Positions 16,186 through 23,995 of a stretch of DNA of 43,303 nucleotides are shown one piece after another. Source of the DNA: Cyclobacteriaceae bacterium (GTDB lineage: Bacteria; Bacteroidota; Bacteroidia; Cytophagales; Cyclobacteriaceae); NCBI GenBank assembly GCA_031400675.1, contig JANNQJ010000425.1:1-43303 (forward strand), in the 5' to 3' direction. Position numbers and translations under genes: made by a program. Every line of letters begins with the position of its first letter. Position 1 is the stretch's first letter. The notes under the pieces were generated by a model. That model made no database searches and was not told where the DNA came from. It saw only the letters and a program-made list of their open reading frames with translations.

Positions 16186-17484
16186 ATGAGAACAACAAAA
16201 TTTTTATTGGGAATGTTTTTCATCACAGCATTAGTCTTTTTTGCTGCATGTGATGAAGACGACAATGGTGATGTGGATCCAGGGCCGCTTAACTTAACGA
16301 GTGTTACCGCTGTAGGTACTGACATTAATAGCGGAGAGCCTGTTACAAAAACATTAGCTTCGGGTAGCACAACAGCTAATGTTCCGATTGACGGTGTGAT
16401 TACAATTGTCTTTGCTAAAGATGTGGATGCTGCTACTGCAAACTCTACAAACATAACGTTAACGCAGGGCAGTACTGCGGTTGCTACAACAGTAGTAGCA
16501 GCGGGGTCTGTAGTTACGCTAACTCCAACAGCTGATTTAGCACAAGATACAGACTACACACTTACGTTAACTTCGGCTATTGCAGGCGATGACGGTGGTC
16601 TTTTCACACAAACTACAAGAGCCTTTAGTACAGAAACCGAAGAGGAGCTTGAAGAAGGCTTAATAGCACATTGGAAATTTGAAGACAATGCAGACGATCT
16701 GACTGGTGATTTCAACGGAAGCAATGTTATTGCAATCACGTATGTGGCAGGTCGTTCAGGGACTGCTGGAAAAGCAGCTTCATTCAATGGAACTACTAGT
16801 ATTATTGACGTTCCAAATGGTGTTGACTTAGTTACTACTGAAGATTTTACATTAGCTTTCTGGATAAAAGTCAATTCCGATAACAAAAAAGTGGATGGCA
16901 CTACTCCAAAAGGTTACTTCATAATGGGCTTCAATGGTTTCAGGGGGTTTCAGGTAGAAATGCCTGATAATCGGGCCAATACTAAAATGGTTGCTCAATA
17001 TGTTCGAGCAGATGATTCAAAAGGATCAGAAGATTTGTGGTTGGATGCAACTGGCAATTTGGGATGGCAAGGTTGGACATTCTCTGAGGACCTAACAGAT
17101 GACGGAGGATTGCCAGCATTTGTAGACGATGAGTGGGCGCATTTTGTTTACGTGTATGACAGTGAGTCAAAAGTTGGTTCCATTTATCTAAATGGTGAGC
17201 TTAGAAAAAGTCAGGATTTCAACCTCTGGCCAGATGATAGTCCTGTGAAAACAGTAACGGGGTTAACATTTAATGACCAAGATGCAGGCGTTACTGTTCC
17301 TGGATTAGGTACTGAATTTGCCCTTGGCTTTTTTTGTAGTTCTACAACAACTGCATTCGATTTTGCAACATATTCGAACGTAGATCATAATCACTTTAAA
17401 GGTGAGTTGGATGATGTGAGAATTTATCACATCGCTAAAACAGAAGCAGAGGTTTTAGCGCAGTATGATGCTGAAAAACCTTAA
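16186..17484 (+). CDS. Surface lipoprotein with an N-terminal Ig-like domain and a C-terminal LamG/concanavalin-A-like lectin domain; candidate surface glycan-binding protein
   Basis: The lipobox plus acidic export signal read FFAACDEDDNGD. An Ig-like segment follows (PIDGVITIVFAKDVDAATANSTNITL...TLTPTADL...DYTLTLT). LamG_3-like hallmarks are present (LIAHWKFEDNADDLTG...ASFNGTTSIIDVPN...FTLAFWIK...GELDDVRIYHIAKTEAEV). Confidence 0.65.
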   Translation: MRTTKFLLGMFFITALVFFAACDEDDNGDVDPGPLNLTSVTAVGTDINSGEPVTKTLASGSTTANVPIDGVITIVFAKDVDAATANSTNITLTQGSTAVATTVVAAGSVVTLTPTADLAQDTDYTLTLTSAIAGDDGGLFTQTTRAFSTETEEELEEGLIAHWKFEDNADDLTGDFNGSNVIAITYVAGRSGTAGKAASFNGTTSIIDVPNGVDLVTTEDFTLAFWIKVNSDNKKVDGTTPKGYFIMGFNGFRGFQVEMPDNRANTKMVAQYVRADDSKGSEDLWLDATGNLGWQGWTFSEDLTDDGGLPAFVDDEWAHFVYVYDSESKVGSIYLNGELRKSQDFNLWPDDSPVKTVTGLTFNDQDAGVTVPGLGTEFALGFFCSSTTTAFDFATYSNVDHNHFKGELDDVRIYHIAKTEAEVLAQYDAEKP

Positions 17485-17505
17485 TCTATAATACTAATAG
17501 CATTA

Positions 17506-17538
17506 TTAAGGGGGTTCCGTAAGGGCCCCCTTAATTTT
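17506..17538 (+). terminator. Rho-independent terminator-like hairpin inside the PUL
   Basis: TTAAGGGGG (17506-17514) and CCCCCTTAA (17526-17534) form a 9-bp GC-rich stem followed by TTTT. Confidence 0.7.
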
Positions 17539-17572
17539 AAATATTGTTTTCTCTAAACACTTCACTCCTTCG

Positions 17573-19576
17573 ATGCGAAAAAGATTTTTTATAGCTTCAC
17601 TGCCCTTTCTTCTTTTATGGGCGTGCTCGGAGGATGATAAAAAACCAATACCCGATGCCTTGCAACTTACTTCCATTGAAGTAGGAAGTGAAAGTTTAAA
17701 CCTTACTGATTTCTCTCAAAATACAGAAATACCCTTTGATCAACCCATCACGCTTAACTTTGTAGTTCCGGTAGATATGCGGACAGTTACAGCCATTTCA
17801 ATAACAGATGCCTCAGAGTCACGCTCATTTGACCATGAATTTTTAAATGAAAACAAAACCTTATTACTCACACCAGATGCTCCCCTACCCGCCAATGAAG
17901 TAATTACACTTGGTATCTCTGATGAACTGGCGGGAGCTGCAGGGGAAACTTTTCCAGGCATTGAAGTTGAATTCACAACCTTACAGAGCAGTTTTGCAGT
18001 AGCCTCTGTTATTATTGATGGACAAACCGCCACCAGTTCAAACCGCGTGAAAGATATTGACCGTAACCCGGTTGTTGAAATTACATTTCCTGTACCCATA
18101 GACCCCACCACGGTTACGAACACCACCGTAAAATTTCTGGGCAATACCATCGTGCCAACGCTTGCGTTTCAATTTTCAGAGGCCAATACAAAAATTACCA
18201 TCACGTCCGACCAAACGCTTAAACATTTGTGGCGATATACCTTAACTCTTACCACAGGAATTCAAGGCGAGGAAGGTGAATTTTTTACGGCCTATACAAA
18301 ATATTTTTACACCGAAGTTGACCCAACACCCAAGCTTCCTCCCCTACCCAATGACGAGGACAGCGACACCGATAATACGAACGACCTCCTGTCTGTTGTA
18401 CAGCAGCAAACCTTCAAATACTTCTACGACTTTGCGCACCCGACCAGCGGCATGGCGAGAGAAAGAAATACTTCAGGCAACACCGTGACAAGCGGTGGTT
18501 CCGGTTTTGGCATCATGGCCTTAATCGTAGGCATGGAAAGAAATTTTATAACACGCCAACAGGGAATTGACCGAATGGATAGGATTCTTGATTTTCTGGA
18601 AACAGCAGATCGCTTTCATGGCGTATGGCCACACTGGATGGATGGCAATAACGGAGATGTCATTCCCTTCAGTCCGAATGACAACGGTGGAGATTTAGTA
18701 GAAACTTCATTCCTGGTGCAGGGCTTACTCACGTTCCGTCAATATTTAGACCCGCTCGCACTCGAAGAAAGTAACTTGATTGATCGCATCAACGTACTCT
18801 GGGAAGAAGTAGAATGGGATTGGTACAGGCGATGTGAACCAACTTGCCAAAATGTTTTATACTGGCACTGGTCACAGGATAAAGGTTGGATCATGAACTT
18901 CGCGCTGTCGGGATATTTTGAGCAGCAGATCACCTACTTTCTTGCAGCAGCCTCGCCCACTCACAGCATTCCTGAAATTGTGTACACGAATGGCTTTACG
19001 CAAAACGGAAACTTTGTTAGAAATGATACCTACTATGGCCATTCGTTAAAGCTTGGAGGATTATTCCCCTTATTCTGGGTGCAGTACTCTTACTTAGGCC
19101 TCGACCCACATTTCTCAGATGACTATGCCGACTACTGGCAACAAGGTGTCAATGCTTCTTTGATCAATCACGATTACTGTGTAGCCAACCCCAGAAATTT
19201 TGTAGGCTATAGCGATGCATGTTGGGGCCTTACCGCAAGTGATAATCAATCAGATTACAATGCGCATTCTCCGGGAAACGATTTGGGCGTCATCACTCCT
19301 ACAGCTGCACTGTCGTCATTTCCATACACGCCTGTAGAATCAATGAAAGCATTAAAATTTTTCTATTACACACTGGGCGACAGACTTTGGGGAACGTATG
19401 GGTTTTACGATGCATTCAATCCAACAGAAAATTGGTACGCGTCTTCTTACCTGGCCATTGACCAGGGACCTATTGTCGTGATGATTGAGAATTACAGGAC
19501 AGGATTACTGTGGGAGTTGTTCATGTCGGCACCGGAAGTACAGGTAGCCAAGGACGAACTCGATTTTGTTTTTTAA
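17573..19576 (+). CDS. Surface lipoprotein with about three N-terminal Ig-like (SbsA/Big_5-type) domains fused to a GH144-like catalytic domain; predicted cell-surface endo-beta-1,2-glucanase
   Basis: The lipobox plus acidic export signal read LLLWACSEDDKKP. Ig-like units repeat (PITLNFVVPVDMRTV..., PVVEITFPVPIDPTTV...). The C-terminal ~400 aa are paralogous to 6320..7687 (FKYFYDFAHPTSGMARE, VETSFLVQGLL, YLAIDQGPIVVMIENYRTGLLWELF). Confidence 0.6.
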   Translation: MRKRFFIASLPFLLLWACSEDDKKPIPDALQLTSIEVGSESLNLTDFSQNTEIPFDQPITLNFVVPVDMRTVTAISITDASESRSFDHEFLNENKTLLLTPDAPLPANEVITLGISDELAGAAGETFPGIEVEFTTLQSSFAVASVIIDGQTATSSNRVKDIDRNPVVEITFPVPIDPTTVTNTTVKFLGNTIVPTLAFQFSEANTKITITSDQTLKHLWRYTLTLTTGIQGEEGEFFTAYTKYFYTEVDPTPKLPPLPNDEDSDTDNTNDLLSVVQQQTFKYFYDFAHPTSGMARERNTSGNTVTSGGSGFGIMALIVGMERNFITRQQGIDRMDRILDFLETADRFHGVWPHWMDGNNGDVIPFSPNDNGGDLVETSFLVQGLLTFRQYLDPLALEESNLIDRINVLWEEVEWDWYRRCEPTCQNVLYWHWSQDKGWIMNFALSGYFEQQITYFLAAASPTHSIPEIVYTNGFTQNGNFVRNDTYYGHSLKLGGLFPLFWVQYSYLGLDPHFSDDYADYWQQGVNASLINHDYCVANPRNFVGYSDACWGLTASDNQSDYNAHSPGNDLGVITPTAALSSFPYTPVESMKALKFFYYTLGDRLWGTYGFYDAFNPTENWYASSYLAIDQGPIVVMIENYRTGLLWELFMSAPEVQVAKDELDFVF

Positions 19577-19601
19577 TTAATCATTAAAAACCATTCAAAA
19601 C

Positions 19602-21896
19602 ATGAGATCACTACTCTTTATCACACTTGGAATTATTCTGTTTGCAGCCTGCAGCACTCCTACAACCAATATAGAACAATCGTCAGACAAAATTAACAGA
19701 CAGGTTGACTCCGTGTTAAGCCTGATGACGATGGAAGAAAAAATCGGGCAGCTTAACCTACCCTCTGCTGGGGAATTCACAACCGGTGAAGCTCAAAATT
19801 CAGATATCGCTAAAAAAATTGAGAAAGGAATGGTGGGCGGTCTCTTTAATATTAAGTCAGTTGCACGAATCAAGGACGTGCAACGAATTGCAGTCGAAAA
19901 AAGCCGGATGAAAATTCCCTTGATCTTTGGTATGGATGTGATTCACGGCTATGAGACTGTATTTCCAATTCCACTTGGCTTAAGCTGCAGTTGGGATATG
20001 ACATTGGTGGAACGCAGTGCTCGCATCGCAGCACAAGAAGCAAGTGCTGACGGCATCTGCTGGACTTTCTCACCCATGGTTGACCTTGCCCGCGATCCGC
20101 GGTGGGGTCGTATTGCTGAAGGAAGTGGTGAGGACCCTTACCTCGGTTCTGAAATTGCGAAAGCCATGGTAAGGGGGTATCAGGAAAATGACTTAGCTGC
20201 GAATAATACCATCATGGCGTGCGTCAAACACTATGCCTTATACGGTGCAGCCGAAGCCGGCCGCGATTATAACACAACAGATATGAGTCGTCATCGAATG
20301 TATAATGAATACTTTCCTCCATACAAAGCAGCTGTAGAGGCAGGAGCCGGGAGCGTTATGGCTTCCTTTAATGAGGTGGATGGCATACCTGCTACTGCCA
20401 ACAAGTGGTTGCTTACCGATGTGCTTCGCGACCAGTGGGGTTTCAATGGTTTTGTTGTTTCAGACTTTACCGGAATAACAGAAATGATAGACCACGGATA
20501 TGGTGAAGATTTAAAAGCTGTATCATACAAAGCCTTAGCCGCAGGTCTTGATATGGATATGGTGGCGGAAGGATTTCTGACCACGCTTGCGCAATCCCTG
20601 AAAGAAGGAACAATAACAGAGCAACAAATTGATGAAGCCTGCAGAAGAGTACTCAGGGCTAAATTTCAGCTTGGTCTTTTTGACGATCCTTACAAATACT
20701 GTGATGAGAACAGGGCAAAGACTGAAATATTTACCACGGTAAATCGCACTGAGGCCCGCAGCATTGCAGCCCAGAGCTTTGTGTTGCTAAAGAATGAAAG
20801 CAACGTACTTCCCATTAAGAAGTCAGGAACAATTGCATTGATTGGCCCACTTGCCAATGCAAAAGAGAACATGACCGGTACGTGGAGTGTAGCAGCCAGA
20901 TTTTCTGAATCCATTTCACTGCTAACCGGTTTACAGAAGGCAGTCGGAACAGATGCTAAAATTGTTTACGCCAAGGGATCGAACCTCGATGAAGATGAAG
21001 CCTTTGAAGACAGGGCCGCCATGTTTGGCAAATCGCTCGACCGCGAAAAGCGATCGGCTGAAGTTTTACGCGCTGAAGCTGTGCGGATCGCTAAAAGTGC
21101 TGATGTGATTATTGCGGCAATAGGAGAATCAGCCGAGATGAGCGGAGAATCTTCAAGTCGCACCAACATCGAAATACCTGAAACACAGAAAGAGCTTCTG
21201 AAAGCATTGTTAAAAACCGGAAAGCCAGTTGTTCTGGTGTTGTTCACAGGTCGACCCTTGGTATTGAAATGGGAAGAAGAAAATGTTCCTGCCATTTTAA
21301 ACGTTTGGTTTGGTGGAAGTGAAGCGGGCGATGCCATCGCGGATGTATTGTTTGGTGACGTAAATCCGTCTGGAAAATTGACCACTACATTTCCGCAACA
21401 TGTAGGACAGGTTCCACTTTATTATGCGCACAAGAATACAGGCCGACCGTTACCGGAGGGAAAGTGGTTTCAAAAATTCCGTTCTAATTACTTAGATGTG
21501 TCAAACGATCCCCTCTATCCATTTGGTTTCGGGTTGAGTTACACACAGTTTCAATATGGAGAAGTGAAGCTTGATAAAACAGAAATGACTGCTTCTGATT
21601 CACTTCAGGCTTCAATTGAGGTTTCCAATATGGGTTCCCGCGCAGGCAGTGAAGTAGTGCAGCTTTACATTCGCGATCTGGTTGGATCTGTAACACGACC
21701 CGTAAAAGAACTAAAAGCATTCAGCAAAATCTCACTGAAAGCCGGTGAGAAAAGAACTATAGCGTTTAAGCTTACTAAAAAAGAGCTTTCATTTTATAAC
21801 AACAACTTAGATTTTGTTTGCGAGCCCGGTAAGTTCCAGGTGTTTGTTGGAGGAAATTCGCGCGATGTGAAGCAAGGTGAGTTTGAACTGAAATAG
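19602..21896 (+). CDS. GH3 beta-glucosidase (BglX-like), lipoprotein without a surface-export signal, so probably periplasmic
   Basis: The lipobox is ILFAACSTPTT. GH3 blocks are present: IPLIFGMDVIHGY, SPMVDLARDPRWGRIAEG, KHYALYG, GFNGFVVSDFTGI (nucleophile Asp region), and a C-terminal FnIII-like domain (VVQLYIRDLVGSVTRPVKELKAF). Confidence 0.9.
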   Translation: MRSLLFITLGIILFAACSTPTTNIEQSSDKINRQVDSVLSLMTMEEKIGQLNLPSAGEFTTGEAQNSDIAKKIEKGMVGGLFNIKSVARIKDVQRIAVEKSRMKIPLIFGMDVIHGYETVFPIPLGLSCSWDMTLVERSARIAAQEASADGICWTFSPMVDLARDPRWGRIAEGSGEDPYLGSEIAKAMVRGYQENDLAANNTIMACVKHYALYGAAEAGRDYNTTDMSRHRMYNEYFPPYKAAVEAGAGSVMASFNEVDGIPATANKWLLTDVLRDQWGFNGFVVSDFTGITEMIDHGYGEDLKAVSYKALAAGLDMDMVAEGFLTTLAQSLKEGTITEQQIDEACRRVLRAKFQLGLFDDPYKYCDENRAKTEIFTTVNRTEARSIAAQSFVLLKNESNVLPIKKSGTIALIGPLANAKENMTGTWSVAARFSESISLLTGLQKAVGTDAKIVYAKGSNLDEDEAFEDRAAMFGKSLDREKRSAEVLRAEAVRIAKSADVIIAAIGESAEMSGESSSRTNIEIPETQKELLKALLKTGKPVVLVLFTGRPLVLKWEEENVPAILNVWFGGSEAGDAIADVLFGDVNPSGKLTTTFPQHVGQVPLYYAHKNTGRPLPEGKWFQKFRSNYLDVSNDPLYPFGFGLSYTQFQYGEVKLDKTEMTASDSLQASIEVSNMGSRAGSEVVQLYIRDLVGSVTRPVKELKAFSKISLKAGEKRTIAFKLTKKELSFYNNNLDFVCEPGKFQVFVGGNSRDVKQGEFELK

Positions 21897-21904
21897 TATT
21901 GAAT

Positions 21905-22109
21905 GCCGAGAAAGAACTCAAAATGATTTGAGAAAATTTTGATTCAGTAAAGTGAGAGTCGTGAATTAAAATTTGTATTGAGTACAAATGACCTTGCTTT
22001 TTACAGAAAAGATATGACCTTTGGAACGGAGCCAGGGGAATTTGTGGTGTTTGTAGGTGGAAATTCAAGAGATGTTAAAGAAGAGAGATTCATTGAAGTA
22101 AACTTATAA
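21905..22109 (+). pseudogene. Decayed relic of the C-terminal ~65 codons of a second, divergent GH3 beta-glucosidase
   Basis: Frame 21951-22109 translates to SESRELKFVLSTNDLAFYRKDMTFGTEPGEFVVFVGGNSRDVKEERFIEVNL*. This aligns with the intact GH3 end GEKRTIAFKLTKKELSFYNNNLDFVCEPGKFQVFVGGNSRDVKQGEFELK*; the run VFVGGNSRDVK is identical. Upstream, EKELKMI*ENFDSVK* in a different frame still resembles VKELKAFSKISLKA, so stops and a frameshift have accumulated. Confidence 0.7.
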
Positions 22110-22126
22110 CTTAATAATCAATAGCC

Positions 22127-23812
22127 ATGAAAGGTCTTCACCTTACCGATTACATCGTTTTTCTTTTCTACTTTCTGATTGTTAGTATTTACGGATACTG
22201 GGTATACAATCGCAAAAAGAAACTTCAGGCTGATTCAAAAGATTTTTTTCTGGCTGAGGGATCGCTCACCTGGTGGGCTATTGGTGCTTCGTTGATCGCA
22301 TCGAATATCTCGGCAGAACAAATGATTGGCATGAGCGGTTCAGGCTTCAAACTCGGGCTAGCCATATCAGCTTACGAATGGATGGCTGCCGCTACACTCC
22401 TCATTGTTGCCATCTTTTTTATGCCGGTGTATTTGAAGAACAAGATTTTTACTATGCCGCAGTTTTTGAGTCAGCGCTACAACGAACGCGTTGCTATGAT
22501 CATGGCGGTATTCTGGCTGATGTTATATGTGGTGGTTAACCTGATGTCAATCCTCTATCTGGGTGCATTGGCCATTAGCGGAATATCAGGATTGAGTGTT
22601 GTGTTCTGCATACTGGCTTTAGCCCTCTTTGCCATTTTTATTACACTGGGTGGTATGAAGGTTATTGGATATACGGATGTTATACAGGTATTCTTTTTAG
22701 TTCTGGGTGGATTGGTAGCCTCCTACATCGCACTGAATATGATCTCCGGTAATGATGGTATCGTAAAAGGCTTCAATATTTTAACCAAAGAGGCATCCGG
22801 ACATTTTGATCTCATCTTTCAAAAGGATAATCCAAACTATATGGATCTTCCAGGAATAAGTGTTCTCATTGGTGGTATGTGGATTGCCAATTTAAGTTAC
22901 TGGGGCTGTAACCAATATATTACACAACGCGCACTGGGCGCCTCGCTTCCTGTTGCCAGAGCAGGACTTTTATTTGCTGCATTTTTAAAGATGCTCATGC
23001 CGGTAATTGTAGTGATACCCGGTATCGCAGTATATTTTATAATCAGAGAACAAATACCAGGCATCAGCGCCAGCGACATGCTCACCTCTTCAGGAGTTGA
23101 GGATCCGAATAAAGCATACCCGGCTTTACTGGGGTTGCTCCCTATAGGCTTAAAAGGTTTAGCATTTGCTGCGCTGACTGCAGCCATCGTTGCTTCACTG
23201 GCGGGTAAAGCAAATAGTATTGCTACCATTTTTACACTTGACATTTATAAAAAGGCATTTAACAAAAATGCCAATGAGCAGAATCTGGTTAATGTGGGCA
23301 AGGTAACTGTAATTGTGGCGATGTTGATGGCTGTTCTGTTATCGATGCTTGTTGGCGAAGCGTTAATGGGTGAAGGAAAACAAGGATTTCAATACATACA
23401 AGAATATACGGGATTTGTTTCACCCGGAATTTTCTCCATGTTCATTTTAGGTTTCTTCTGGAAAAAAACCACTTCAAACGCTGCGCTCTTTGCTACGATT
23501 GGCGGGTTTATTGTTTCGGTAATCCTGAAATTCTTACCACAGTGGATTGATCTCTCGCCTCTTTATACGTTCGGATGGGCTGTCTCAAACTCAACGGGCG
23601 TATACGAAATTCCATTCCTGGATAGAATGGTTATCGTGTTTGCCGTGTGCATTCTTGGCATGTATATCATCAGTATATACGAAAATAAAAAAGGGGTCAT
23701 TCCAAAAGGATTAGAAGTAGACAGAAGTATGTTTAAGGTTTCTACTTCGTTTGCGATAGGCGCACTTATTATTTTTGCAATGTTGGTTGCCGTTTACTCA
23801 GTTTATTGGTAA
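22127..23812 (+). CDS. Sodium:solute symporter (SSS/SGLT family), predicted Na+/glucose(-oligosaccharide) inner-membrane importer
   Basis: The protein is 561 aa and polytopic. FFLAEGSLTWWAIGASLIASNISAEQMIGMSGSGF and NQYITQRALGA are typical of SGLT-type transporters. Confidence 0.85.
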   Translation: MKGLHLTDYIVFLFYFLIVSIYGYWVYNRKKKLQADSKDFFLAEGSLTWWAIGASLIASNISAEQMIGMSGSGFKLGLAISAYEWMAAATLLIVAIFFMPVYLKNKIFTMPQFLSQRYNERVAMIMAVFWLMLYVVVNLMSILYLGALAISGISGLSVVFCILALALFAIFITLGGMKVIGYTDVIQVFFLVLGGLVASYIALNMISGNDGIVKGFNILTKEASGHFDLIFQKDNPNYMDLPGISVLIGGMWIANLSYWGCNQYITQRALGASLPVARAGLLFAAFLKMLMPVIVVIPGIAVYFIIREQIPGISASDMLTSSGVEDPNKAYPALLGLLPIGLKGLAFAALTAAIVASLAGKANSIATIFTLDIYKKAFNKNANEQNLVNVGKVTVIVAMLMAVLLSMLVGEALMGEGKQGFQYIQEYTGFVSPGIFSMFILGFFWKKTTSNAALFATIGGFIVSVILKFLPQWIDLSPLYTFGWAVSNSTGVYEIPFLDRMVIVFAVCILGMYIISIYENKKGVIPKGLEVDRSMFKVSTSFAIGALIIFAMLVAVYSVYW

Positions 23813-23858
23813 GCCAAACGAAAAGTAGAATGAAGTTGCATACCCGAATTGATCGGTG

Positions 23859-23932
23859 TGGGCCCAGCTGGGCACGATCCAGCGACCCCCTGATTATGAG
23901 TCAGGTGCTCTAACCAGCTGAGCTATGGGCCC
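23859..23932 (-). tRNA. tRNA with anticodon CAT; either elongator Met or lysidine-modified Ile2, not an initiator. CCA is not encoded.
   Basis: The minus-strand sequence is GGGCCCA-TA-GCTC-AGCTGGTTA-GAGC-A-CCTGA-CTCATAA-TCAGG-GGGTC-GCTGG-ATCGTGC-CCAGC-TGGGCCC-A. It folds into a canonical 74-nt cloverleaf. Positions 1:72 are a G:C pair, so it is not an initiator. Confidence 0.85.
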
Positions 23933-23995
23933 TTTTAAAATTTAATAAAAGAGGTTGCAATGTTAATGAGAAGATTTATAATTCACAATGGGTGA

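Noticed and set aside
20966-21385. Long antisense or alternative-frame ORFs from the ORF track. Examples are 20966..21385-, 17740..18150-, 32708..33202+, 9031..9390-, 9738..10103-, 16554..16901-, 22897..23244-, 39391..39828- and 22273..22539+.
   Set aside because: All lie fully inside much longer ORFs with clear family signatures on the other strand or frame. Their translations are low-complexity or have no recognisable motifs. They are typical shadow ORFs.
23813-23995. A tRNA gene as the attachment site of a genomic island, with the PUL on its 3' side
   Set aside because: No integrase or recombinase gene is present in the window. I could not find a direct repeat of the tRNA 3' half elsewhere in the window. 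Only the GH3 relic hints at rearrangement, so the evidence is insufficient to call an island.
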